A stretch of 41,553 bases of DNA, taken from positions 1-41,553 of the forward strand of contig JBJMTY010000171.1 of the NCBI GenBank assembly GCA_045811445.1, read 5' to 3'. The notes beneath the pieces are model-generated. The model was not told the DNA's origin. It saw only the letters and a list, made by a program, of their open reading frames with translations, and made no database searches. The DNA comes from Allosphingosinicella sp. GTDB lineage: Bacteria; Pseudomonadota; Alphaproteobacteria; Sphingomonadales; Sphingomonadaceae. The translations under genes were made by a program, and so were the position numbers. Shown piece by piece: positions 19,327-27,199 of the stretch. Numbering within the stretch: the stretch's first letter is position 1; each line of letters opens with the position of its first letter.

Positions 19327-19995
19327 TCAATCCGTCAGCGCCGCCTCCCGATCCGCGGCGGCTCCGTCCGAGTCCTGATCCGCCCGGCCGACCCCGCCCC
19401 CATCGAGATTGCGCGCCGCGAACTCCCAATCGACGAGGTTGTTGAGCAAGGCATCGACGAAATCCGGACGGGCGTTGCGATAGTCGATGTAATAAGCATG
19501 TTCCCAGACATCGACGGTGAGCAAAGGCTGCATGCCCTCGTGGGCGACGGGCGTGTCGCCGTCGTGGAGCGAGGTGATCCTCAGCGCGCCCCTGTCGAGG
19601 ACCAGCCAGGCCCAGCCGCTGGCGAAATGGCCGACCGCCTCCGACTTAAGCTTGGCGAGCATCGCCTCGGTCGAGCCGAACCCGTCGTCGATCAGTTCGG
19701 CGAGGCGACCGCTCGGCCCCCGGCCCTGATCGGGCGGCGCCAGGCATTGCCAGAAGAAATTGTGGTTCCACAGCTGCCCCGCATTGTTGAGCAGGGCCTT
19801 GTCGCCGCGTTCGGCCGCGGCGCGGATCACCGCGCTCAGCGACGCACCGCCTAGATCCTTCTCGGCGACCAAGCCGTTGGTCTTGTCTACATAGGCCTTG
19901 TGGTGCTTGCCGTGGTGGAATTCGAGCGTCTCGGCCGACATGAACGGCGCCAGCGCCTGCCGGTCGAAAGGCAGTTCGGGCAATCGGAAAGCCAT
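19327..19995 (-). CDS. sodB: Fe/Mn superoxide dismutase, Fe-type signature
   Basis: HHGKHHKAYV, NNAGQLWNHNFFW and DVWEHAYY motifs. Confidence 0.93.
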   Translation of the reverse strand: MAFRLPELPFDRQALAPFMSAETLEFHHGKHHKAYVDKTNGLVAEKDLGGASLSAVIRAAAERGDKALLNNAGQLWNHNFFWQCLAPPDQGRGPSGRLAELIDDGFGSTEAMLAKLKSEAVGHFASGWAWLVLDRGALRITSLHDGDTPVAHEGMQPLLTVDVWEHAYYIDYRNARPDFVDALLNNLVDWEFAARNLDGGGVGRADQDSDGAAADREAALTD

Positions 19996-20024
19996 GGGGA
20001 CCTCCTCCTTCCTCTCCCGGCGAC

Positions 20025-20050
20025 AACGCCCGGGGAGCGCAAGGAGTTCG
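20025..20050 (-). promoter_or_regulatory. Candidate sigma-EcfG promoter for sodB
   Basis: Minus strand CGAAC-N17-CGTT (one mismatch to GGAAC), 30 nt upstream of the ATG. Confidence 0.6.
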
Positions 20051-20076
20051 GCCGTTTCCGACGAATTGTGCGCCGC

Positions 20077-20643
20077 TTACTGGCGCTCGTGCACCGAGAA
20101 GCGGGCCAGCTCGACCTGCGGCTCGCGCCACTTGGGCTCGATCCGGCTCGCCTCGCGATAGTCGAAATAGGCCTCGCGGACGTGGCCGCCGAGCTCGTTC
20201 GCGACCGCGCGGCCGTAATAAGCGACGGCGGGCCGGCGTGTGCGCTTCTCCAGCGCGGTCGAGAAGAGCGGCAGCGCGGCGCTATAGCCCTGGGGCTGCT
20301 TGAGCAGCGCCATCCCCTTGTTGAGATAGGCTTCGGCCTGGTTGGGATCGCGCGCGATCGCCGCGTCGAAATCCTGGATGGCCGGAGCGAGCGAGCCGAG
20401 GCGCATCCTGATGATGCCGCGATTCACCAGGGTCGCCACCATGTCGTAGCGCGACATGCTGTCCTCGCGCAGCGCGGTGTCGCAGCGGTCGAGCATGTCG
20501 GCCGAGGGCAGGCTGACCGCGTCGGCGGCCTGGTAGCACATGCGGGCGGAGCTGTTGCCGAGGACGGTAACGGCGGCGGCGGCCGGGCCGGCGGAGGCCG
20601 CAAGCGACGCGGCCAAGAGGACGTAACGGAGCGTCATGGTCAA
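20077..20643 (-). CDS. Secreted tetratricopeptide-repeat protein
   Basis: Signal peptide and TPR motifs (ATLVNRG, AIARDPNQAEAYLNKG, AYYGRA). Start is 20643 or 20637. Confidence 0.85.
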   Translation of the reverse strand: MTMTLRYVLLAASLAASAGPAAAAVTVLGNSSARMCYQAADAVSLPSADMLDRCDTALREDSMSRYDMVATLVNRGIIRMRLGSLAPAIQDFDAAIARDPNQAEAYLNKGMALLKQPQGYSAALPLFSTALEKRTRRPAVAYYGRAVANELGGHVREAYFDYREASRIEPKWREPQVELARFSVHERQ

Positions 20644-20683
20644 CTCCTCCTCGATGAGTCGGAGCTTAGCAGAATCGCGCGAA

Positions 20684-21730
20684 TCACGCCATCAGCTGGT
20701 GGCGCTTCATCGCGTGGCGGAGCTGGTCGTAGGTCAATTGGAGGGCGGTCGCCGCCTGGCGCTGGTTCCAGCGGCATTTTTCCAGGGCCGCGGCGAGGAT
20801 GGCTTTCTCATATTCGGCGACGGCGAGGCGGAAGTCGGCGCAGCTTACCGGATCGTGGAGCGAGGGCTGGAGCGGCGGCGGCAGGATTTCGCCTTCCTTG
20901 GCCGCCTCGGCGAGACGCGGCGGCTCCGAGGCCGCGCCGGCCGGTGGTGGCGGCAGCCAGGGCGATTCGAACGGGTCGAACTGGACCGAGTCGATCGCCC
21001 GCGTCTCGTCGCCCCAGCGGTAGACGGCGCGCTCGACGACGTTGCGGAGCTCGCGCACGTTGCCGGGCCAGCTGTAGCCGAGCAGGCGATTCAGCGCGGC
21101 GGAGGAGAAACCGGGCCAGCTTTCCCAGCCGAGCTCGAGCCCCATGCGGCGGGCGAAATGATCGGCGAGGATCGGTATGTCGCTCGAGCGGTGGCGCAGC
21201 GGCGGCAGGGTGACGACCTCGAACGACAGCCGGTCGAGCAGATCGGCCCGGAACCGTCCCTGCTCGGCGAGCCGCGGCAGATGCTCGTTGGTCGCGGCGA
21301 CGATGCGCACGTCGACGTGCATCGGCTTAGACGCGCCGATCCGCGTCACCTCGCCATATTCGACGGCGCGGAGCAGCCGCTCCTGGGCGCCCTGCGACAA
21401 GGTGGCGAGCTCGTCGAGGAACAAGGTGCCGCCGTCGGCTTCCTCGAACCGGCCGATCCGCGACTTGGTGGCGCCGGTGAAGGAGCCGGCCTCGTGGCCG
21501 AACAATTCCGCCTCGATCAGGGTTTCAGGGAGCGCCGCGCAGTTCATCGTCACCAGCGGCCCGTCCCAGCGCGACGAGAGGTGGTGCAGGCGCTCGGCGA
21601 TCAGCTCCTTGCCGGTGCCGCGCTCGCCGATGACGAGGACCGGCCGGTCGAGCGGCGCGGCGCGGCTGGCCCGCTCGACCGCGTCGAGGAAGGAGGAGGA
21701 TTGGCCGACGAGCTGGGTGGTGCGCTCCAT
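20684..21730 (-). CDS. pspF: Phage shock protein activator PspF (sigma54 enhancer-binding protein lacking a sensor domain)
   Basis: GERGTGKE, GSFTGA (GAFTGA variant), LFLDE, WPGNVREL and a C-terminal HTH; divergent from pspA; ATG at 21730. Confidence 0.95.
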   Translation of the reverse strand: MERTTQLVGQSSSFLDAVERASRAAPLDRPVLVIGERGTGKELIAERLHHLSSRWDGPLVTMNCAALPETLIEAELFGHEAGSFTGATKSRIGRFEEADGGTLFLDELATLSQGAQERLLRAVEYGEVTRIGASKPMHVDVRIVAATNEHLPRLAEQGRFRADLLDRLSFEVVTLPPLRHRSSDIPILADHFARRMGLELGWESWPGFSSAALNRLLGYSWPGNVRELRNVVERAVYRWGDETRAIDSVQFDPFESPWLPPPPAGAASEPPRLAEAAKEGEILPPPLQPSLHDPVSCADFRLAVAEYEKAILAAALEKCRWNQRQAATALQLTYDQLRHAMKRHQLMA

Positions 21731-21766
21731 TCCCAATGTTTGGGACGTTTTCCCACGGCTTGGCAA
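21731..21766. promoter_or_regulatory. Candidate PspF upstream activator sequences (two dyads)
   Basis: Perfect TCCCAA-N3-TTGGGA (21731-21745) and imperfect TTCCCA-N5-TGGCAA (21750-21766). Centres are 20 bp apart and lie about 70-100 bp upstream of the sigma54 site. Confidence 0.55.
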
Positions 21767-21830
21767 GAGCCAAGCGCGCCCGGACCTGCCCTTTCATGCG
21801 AAAAGCGCGGATTATCGCCGCTTTCGTCGC

Positions 21831-21847
21831 TTGGCACGGCTCCTGCT
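21831..21847 (+). promoter_or_regulatory. sigma54 -24/-12 promoter of the psp operon
   Basis: TTGGCACGGCTCCTGCT contains GG-N10-GC. Confidence 0.9.
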
Positions 21848-21897
21848 TAGGAAAAGCCATGCCGCCGCAGGGCGGGACGAATTGCAGGGAGGCAAGC

Positions 21898-22059
21898 ATG
21901 TTGGACTTCGGACGCACCGGTCAGTCGATAGTCGCGATGATCGCCGCCTTGACGCTGACCGCGACCGCGGTGGGCGCGGCGGTCGGGCCCGCCCGGGCGC
22001 TGGAGACGGCCCCGGTCAGCCTTGCCCACGCGCAGGATTCCGGTCAGGCTGTCGCCTGA
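21898..22059 (+). CDS. 53-aa hydrophobic or secreted micro-protein, first ORF after the psp sigma54 promoter
   Basis: GGGAGG precedes ATG 21898; sequence MLDFGRTGQSIVAMIAALTLTATAVGAAVGPARALETAPVSLAHAQDSGQAVA. Confidence 0.65.
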   Translation: MLDFGRTGQSIVAMIAALTLTATAVGAAVGPARALETAPVSLAHAQDSGQAVA

Positions 22060-22133
22060 TCCGGGGGCCCGCGGCGGAGCGTCGATCCCCCTCGGCGCTC
22101 CCGCCGCGGCCCGGTTAAGTGAAGGAGTAAGGA

Positions 22134-22808
22134 ATGGGCATTTTCTCCCGCACGCGCGACATCGTCGCCGCGAATTTCGCGGACCTGCTCGACAAGGCCG
22201 AGGACCCCGCGAAGATGATCCGCATGATCATCCTCGAGATGGAGGAGACTTTGGTCGAGGTGCGCGCCTCGGCGGCCCGCACGATCGCCGACCAGAAGGA
22301 GATGCGCCGCCAGATTGCCAAGCTCGACCGCCTCCAGGAGGGCTGGGTCGAGAAAGCCGAGCTTGCGCTGTCGAAGGGCCGCGAGGACCTCGCCAAGGCC
22401 GCCTTGGTCGAAAAGCAGAAGGCCGGCGACATGGGCGACAGCCTCAGGGCCGAGATCGAGGTGCTCGACGACGCGCTGCGCGCGTCCGAGGCCGACATCG
22501 CCAAGCTCCAGGGCAAGCTGCGCGAGGCCCGCACCCGCCAGAACGCCATCCAGTCGCGGCTCGAGAGCGCGAACCAGCGCGCCCGCCTGCGCGAAATGTA
22601 TGCCGGCCCGAAGGTCGAGGACGCGTTCAGCCGCTTCGACGTGCTCGAGCGCCGCGCCGACCATGCCGAGGGCCGCGCCGACGCGCTCGCGCTCGGCGCC
22701 CCGCCCAAGACGCTCGACGAGGAGATCGCCGAGCTCAGGAACAGCGAGAAGGTCGATGCCGAGCTCGAGGCGCTCAAGGCCAGGCTCAACGCGCCGAAGG
22801 AGGGCTGA
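22134..22808 (+). CDS. pspA: Phage shock protein A
   Basis: MGIFSRTRDIVAANFADLLDKAEDPAKMIRMIILEMEETLVEVR followed by a long coiled coil. Confidence 0.97.
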   Translation: MGIFSRTRDIVAANFADLLDKAEDPAKMIRMIILEMEETLVEVRASAARTIADQKEMRRQIAKLDRLQEGWVEKAELALSKGREDLAKAALVEKQKAGDMGDSLRAEIEVLDDALRASEADIAKLQGKLREARTRQNAIQSRLESANQRARLREMYAGPKVEDAFSRFDVLERRADHAEGRADALALGAPPKTLDEEIAELRNSEKVDAELEALKARLNAPKEG

Positions 22809-22811
22809 GCG

Positions 22812-23117
22812 ATGGAACACGACATGCTCGGCGTGTTCATCGCCGTTCCCGTCGTCGGCATGCTGTTCATCGGCCTGCCGTGGCTGATCTTCCACTACAT
22901 CACCAAGTGGAAGAGCCAGGCGACGCTGACCGGCGAGGACGAGAAACTGCTCGACGAGCTGCACGACCTCGCCCGCCGCCTCGACGACCGGATGTGCTCG
23001 ATCGAGCGGATCATGAGCGCCGAGAACCCGAACTGGCGGCAGGTCGCCTGCGACCCCGCCGCGACCGGCATCGAGGACCTTACCATCGCCAACCCGCCGA
23101 GGAGGATCGGACAGTGA
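22812..23117 (+). CDS. pspB: Phage shock protein B
   Basis: TM segment with PWLIFHY, then LT.EDE.LL..L...A.RL..R...IERI..AENPNWR. Confidence 0.92.
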   Translation: MEHDMLGVFIAVPVVGMLFIGLPWLIFHYITKWKSQATLTGEDEKLLDELHDLARRLDDRMCSIERIMSAENPNWRQVACDPAATGIEDLTIANPPRRIGQ

Positions 23118-23497
23118 GCGCCCGGCATACCAAATTCTATCTCGACAAGCGCAACAAGAAGTGGATGGGCGTGTGCGCCGGCATCGCCGATTATACCGGC
23201 GTTGACGTCACGCTGATCCGCATCGGCTTCGTCCTCGCCACCGTGCTCGGCGGCTCGGGCATCATCGTCGTCGCCTATCTGATCGCGGGCTGGATGGCGC
23301 CGAGCAAGCCGCGCGAGCTCGCTTATGAAAGCGCCGAGCAAGCGAAATTCTGGCAGGGCGTGCGCGCCTCGCCGACGCGGACGGTGCGCGACGTGCGCTC
23401 CCGCTTCCGCGACATCGACCGCCGGCTCGCCGACGTCGAGACCTACGTCACCAGCTCGAACAGCCGCCTCGCGCGCGAGATCGAGCAGCTGCGCTGA
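23114..23497 (+). CDS. pspC: Phage shock protein C
   Basis: GTG start overlaps the pspB stop; FYLDKRNKKWMGVCAGIADYTG PspC domain; C-terminal RLADVETYVTS...LAREIEQLR. Confidence 0.93.
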   Translation: MSARHTKFYLDKRNKKWMGVCAGIADYTGVDVTLIRIGFVLATVLGGSGIIVVAYLIAGWMAPSKPRELAYESAEQAKFWQGVRASPTRTVRDVRSRFRDIDRRLADVETYVTSSNSRLAREIEQLR

Positions 23498-23522
23498 TTC
23501 GGGCAAGAGGGGGAATTCGCAC

Positions 23523-23792
23523 ATGCATAATCTCGGCATTCTGATCCCGATCGTCGCGATCGCCATCGGGCCGATCGCCTGGGTCGTGAACAATTGGATC
23601 CGCGCCCGCCACGGCTACCCGCTGACCGACCGCCGCGGCCGCGTCGCGGAAGCCGATTCGCCCGCGCTCCGCGAGGAAAACGAGGCGTTGAAGCGCGACG
23701 TGCAGCGCCTCGAGGAAAGATTGCGGGTGCTCGAGCGGATCGCCACCGATCCCGCCGAGCGCACCGCCCGCGAGATCGAAGCGCTGCGCTGA
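23523..23792 (+). CDS. Small membrane/coiled-coil protein, psp-array member A (89 aa)
   Basis: TM segment, WIRARHGYPL, then EENEALK...RLRVLERIATD...REIEALR; purine-rich SD upstream. Confidence 0.8.
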   Translation: MHNLGILIPIVAIAIGPIAWVVNNWIRARHGYPLTDRRGRVAEADSPALREENEALKRDVQRLEERLRVLERIATDPAERTAREIEALR

Positions 23793-23826
23793 GCGCGCGG
23801 CGGCCACTATCGAAGGGAATTGAGCC

Positions 23827-24153
23827 ATGGACGGCAATTCGATGCATTTCATCCAGCAGATGCTGCCGCTGTTCGGCCTCATCGCGACGATCGCCGTCGG
23901 CGGATGGGTGTTCACCACCTGGCTGCGCATCAAGCACGGCTATCCGCTCGACGGCGCCTGGGGGCAGGCCATCTATCCCAAGAAGAATGACGAGACGATC
24001 GAGCGGGTGAAATTGCTGTCGAGCGAGAATGCCCAGCTGCGCGCCGAGCTCGGCTCGATCAAGGACCGGCTGGCCACGGTCGAGCGCATCGTCACCGACG
24101 ACGGCCACCGCCTGACGCAGGAAATCGAAGCCCTGCGCGTCACCAAGAATTGA
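23827..24153 (+). CDS. Small membrane/coiled-coil protein, psp-array member B (108 aa)
   Basis: TM segment, WLRIKHGYPL, then ENAQLR...RLATVERIVTD...QEIEALR. Confidence 0.85.
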   Translation: MDGNSMHFIQQMLPLFGLIATIAVGGWVFTTWLRIKHGYPLDGAWGQAIYPKKNDETIERVKLLSSENAQLRAELGSIKDRLATVERIVTDDGHRLTQEIEALRVTKN

Positions 24154-24165
24154 GGGGAAGCGGGC

Positions 24166-24387
24166 ATGAACGTGTTCGAGTTCGTTCTCGGCGTCATTCT
24201 CATCACCACGCTCGGCGCGGGGGTCATGACCTACCTCAAGAACCAGCGCCTCGGCGGCGACGGCGAGAACCAGCGGCTGCGCGGGGAGGTGGAAGCGCTG
24301 CGCGACCGGCTGGCGGTGCTGGAGCGGATCGCGGTGGAGAAGGAAAACAGCCTCGAGCGCGACATCGAGCGGCTGCGGGACAAATAA
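24166..24387 (+). CDS. Small membrane/coiled-coil protein, psp-array member C (73 aa)
   Basis: MNVFEFVLGVILI TM segment, then ENQRLR...RLAVLERIAVE...RDIERLR. Confidence 0.82.
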   Translation: MNVFEFVLGVILITTLGAGVMTYLKNQRLGGDGENQRLRGEVEALRDRLAVLERIAVEKENSLERDIERLRDK

Positions 24388-24388
24388 T

Positions 24389-24607
24389 ATGGGCGACCTC
24401 TCCCCTCTTTTGCTGTTCGCCGTGGCCGGCGTCGCCGCCTGGACCCTGGTGAGCCTCGCCGCCCTCAAGGCCTGGCGCGGCTGGCTGGAGGTGAAGAGGC
24501 TGGAGATCACCGGGGGCGGACGCCGCGCGGCGCCGACGGTGGACATTGCAGGGCTGAGGGCCCGCGTCCGGCGCCTCGAGGCCATCGCCAGCGGCATCGA
24601 ACTCTAG
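24389..24607 (+). CDS. Small membrane/coiled-coil protein, psp-array member D (72 aa)
   Basis: TM segment, AWRGWLEVKRLE, then LRARVRRLEAIASGIEL; starts 1 nt after member C. Confidence 0.78.
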   Translation: MGDLSPLLLFAVAGVAAWTLVSLAALKAWRGWLEVKRLEITGGGRRAAPTVDIAGLRARVRRLEAIASGIEL

Positions 24608-24640
24608 CTCTTCCCCACCCCCGCTGTTAGCGGGGAGCGC

Positions 24641-25048
24641 ATGAGCGCCCTCGACCAGGTCCATGCCGATTACGAGATGCTGGACGCGGACGACCGTTAC
24701 CGGCTGCTGATCGACCTGGGCCGCGCGCTCGAGCCGATGCCGGACGCGCTCAAGACCGACGCCAGCCTGGTGCGCGGCTGCTCGGCCTCGGTGTGGCTCT
24801 ACCCGGTGCCGCGCGCGGACGGGCGGCTCCATTTCCTGGCCGACAGCAACGCCGCGATCACCAAGGGCATCGTCGCCCTCGTCCTGCTCGCCGTGCAAGA
24901 CCGGACGGCGGCCGAGATCGTCGCGACCGATATCGAAGGCGCGCTGGCGCCCTTCGACCTCGCCAGCCAGCTCAGCTCCAACCGCACCCAGGGCATCCCC
25001 AACATGATCGCGCTGATCCGCGAGACCGCCGCGCGGCTCGCGGCATGA
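24641..25048 (+). CDS. sufE: SufE-family sulfur acceptor protein
   Basis: DRYRLLIDLGR, VRGCSASVWL, ADSNAAITKG and LSSNRTQG motifs. Confidence 0.92.
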   Translation: MSALDQVHADYEMLDADDRYRLLIDLGRALEPMPDALKTDASLVRGCSASVWLYPVPRADGRLHFLADSNAAITKGIVALVLLAVQDRTAAEIVATDIEGALAPFDLASQLSSNRTQGIPNMIALIRETAARLAA

Positions 25049-25488
25049 CCCGCGAGGAGGCGCTGGGCGGCAAGGGCTTCGACCCCGAGCGGTTCACCCA
25101 GTTCGCGAGCCGCGTCGGCCATGGCGGCGCCCTCGGCATCCTCTATGTCGGCCACGGCGAGGATTGGGTCGAGCTCGGCCTCGACTATCGCGAGGCTTTG
25201 GTCGGGGTGAGCGAGACCGGCGTGCTCGCCTCGGGGCCGATCGTCAGCCTGATGGACATGGCGACCAGCATGGCGATCTGGGTGAAGCTCGGCCGCTTCC
25301 GCCACCAGGCGACGCTGGACCTGCGCATCGACTATCTGCGGCCCGCGACGCCCGGCCGCCGCATCGTCGGCCGGGGCGAATGCTACAAGACCACGTCGAG
25401 CATCGGCTTCGTCCGGGGCATGGCGCATGACGGGGATGCGGCCGACCCGGTCGCGCACGTCACCGGGACGTTCATGTTCATCGACTGA
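25045..25488 (+). CDS. PaaI-family hotdog-fold thioesterase
   Basis: ATGA overlap with sufE; GVLASGPIVSLMD and ATLDLRIDYLRPA motifs. Confidence 0.88.
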   Translation: MTREEALGGKGFDPERFTQFASRVGHGGALGILYVGHGEDWVELGLDYREALVGVSETGVLASGPIVSLMDMATSMAIWVKLGRFRHQATLDLRIDYLRPATPGRRIVGRGECYKTTSSIGFVRGMAHDGDAADPVAHVTGTFMFID

Positions 25489-25518
25489 AGCGCCTCCCCG
25501 GCTTGTGCCGGAGAGGGA

Positions 25519-26046
25519 TCAGCCGGCGCGCCGCTCCTCGGCCTTGCGCAGGACTTCGTAGGCGGCCTGGACCTGCTGGAAGCGGGTGGCGGCTTCCGCG
25601 TCGCCGGGGGCGGCATCGGGGTGGTTGGCCTTGGCGAGGCGGCGGTAGGCGGCCTTGATTTGCTCGGAGGTCGCGTCGGTCTCGACACCGAGCACGTCGA
25701 GCGCCTTCATTTCCTCGCGCGAGCGGGTGCCGTCGCCGGAACCGCCCCAGCCATAATGGCTCGCCTGGCGGAAGCCGTCGGCGCGGCGGCGTTCCTCCGC
25801 CTCGCGCGCGGCGGCGTCCTCGGTGGAGAGGCCCTGGAAATAATTCCAGTTGCGATTGTATTCGGCGGCATGGGCCTCGCAGAAATGCCAGCGCTCCGGG
25901 CTGTGGGGCGATTTGGGCGCCGGATGGTTGCCCGGCTCCAGGCAGCCGTCGCGGTCGCACAGCCGTACCCGCGACGCCTCGCGGCTGCCGCCATAGCTGC
26001 GCCAGCGCGGAAATCCCCAATCGTTCGAACGCGTCTGCCGAGCCAT
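25519..26046 (-). CDS. J-domain protein (C-terminal J domain, N-terminal Cys/His motif)
   Basis: IKAAYRRLAKANHPD; N-terminal CDRDGC...APKSP...FCEAHAAEYN. Confidence 0.92.
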   Translation of the reverse strand: MARQTRSNDWGFPRWRSYGGSREASRVRLCDRDGCLEPGNHPAPKSPHSPERWHFCEAHAAEYNRNWNYFQGLSTEDAAAREAEERRRADGFRQASHYGWGGSGDGTRSREEMKALDVLGVETDATSEQIKAAYRRLAKANHPDAAPGDAEAATRFQQVQAAYEVLRKAEERRAG

Positions 26047-26092
26047 GGCTGGTCCCTAGCGGGGCCCCGGCCCCGGGTGGAAGCGAAAAAGC

Positions 26093-26465
26093 GCCAGAGG
26101 GTCTGTAAGCCGGGTTCTGTACGCCCGAAGGCGCGGCGACCATTCCTCTAGGAGGCGGATCGCTCCGCCCCTCCAGCAACCAACCCGGGCGACGAGCCGG
26201 AACAGGCCCATGTGCCGCCCCTATTCGGTCTTGCTCCCGGTGGGGTTTGCCGTGCCGGCGCCCGTTACCGGGTCCGCGGTGGGCTCTTACCCCACCCTTT
26301 CAACGTCACAGGGCCGAAGCCGTTGCGACCTGCTTTCTGTGGCACTTTCCCTGAGCCAGAAATCGCTCTCTGGCCCGCCGGACGTTATCCGGCACCGTTG
26401 TTCCGTGGAGCCCGGACTTTCCTCGCGCGCTTCAAGAAGCGCCCGCGGTCGCCCGACCCTCTGGC
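26093..26465 (-). ncRNA. rnpB: RNase P RNA (class A)
   Basis: Minus strand GAGGAAAGTCCGGGCTCC near the 5' end and ACAGAACCCGGCTTA near the 3' end; closing P1 helix GCCAGAGGGTC/GACCCTCTGGC. Confidence 0.96.
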
Positions 26466-26474
26466 CCGGCCTCT

Positions 26475-27167
26475 CTAGTCGTCGCCGCGCGGCTTGGGAA
26501 GCAGCAGGCCGAGCAGGATGGCGCGGCACTCGCCGTCGATCGCGCCGTCGACCAGCTCGGGCCGGAAACGGCGCTGGAAGGCGGTCACCGCCGCCTGCCC
26601 GTCGCGGACGTCGTAGCCGAAGCGCTCGAGCGCGAGCAGGAAGCCGCCGTCGGTCCAGCGCGGGTCCATCAGGTTCTTGGTCGGGCGCGGCAGAGCGAGG
26701 CGCAACCTGGCCAGCCGGTGCCAGGGAAACAGCTCGCCCGGATCCTGCTTGCGGGCCGGGGCGATGTCGGAATGGCCGACGACGTTGCCGCGGGTGATGG
26801 CGTGGCGCGCGACGATGTCGGCGACGAGCGGGATTAGCGCGTCGATCTGCTCCTCGGGAAAGGGACGGTAGCCGAATTCGTGGCCGGGATTGACGATCTC
26901 GATGCCGATGCTGGCGGAATTGATGTCGGTGACGCCCCGCCACCAGGAGCGGCCGGCGTGCCAGGCCCTTTTGTCCTCGGCGACGAGGCGGAGGATCTGG
27001 CCGTCCTCGGCGACGAGATAATGGGCGGAGACCTTGGCGGCCGGATCCTTGAGGCGCGCGATCGCGCCGGCCGCGTCGGGCATGCCCGTATAATGGAGGA
27101 CGAGCATCGTCACGGGCAGGGCGCGCTCGTCGAAATTGGGCGAGGGGCTGTCGACGATCTCGCTCAT
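26475..27167 (-). CDS. N-acetylmuramoyl-L-alanine amidase (Amidase_2, AmpD/AmiD-like)
   Basis: SPNFDER, LVLHYT, VSAHY, AWHAG, SIGIE and GHSDIAPARKQDPG motifs, plus a C-terminal PG-binding motif AFQRRFRP; ATG at 27167. Confidence 0.93.
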   Translation of the reverse strand: MSEIVDSPSPNFDERALPVTMLVLHYTGMPDAAGAIARLKDPAAKVSAHYLVAEDGQILRLVAEDKRAWHAGRSWWRGVTDINSASIGIEIVNPGHEFGYRPFPEEQIDALIPLVADIVARHAITRGNVVGHSDIAPARKQDPGELFPWHRLARLRLALPRPTKNLMDPRWTDGGFLLALERFGYDVRDGQAAVTAFQRRFRPELVDGAIDGECRAILLGLLLPKPRGDD

Positions 27168-27199
27168 CTTGCCTTTCCAACCCGCGCGGGGGGCCGGCG

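Noticed and set aside
21470-21500. GSFTGA instead of GAFTGA in PspF as a sign of inactivation
   Set aside because: Ser at this position is a known variant in functional activators, and a perfect sigma54 promoter is adjacent.
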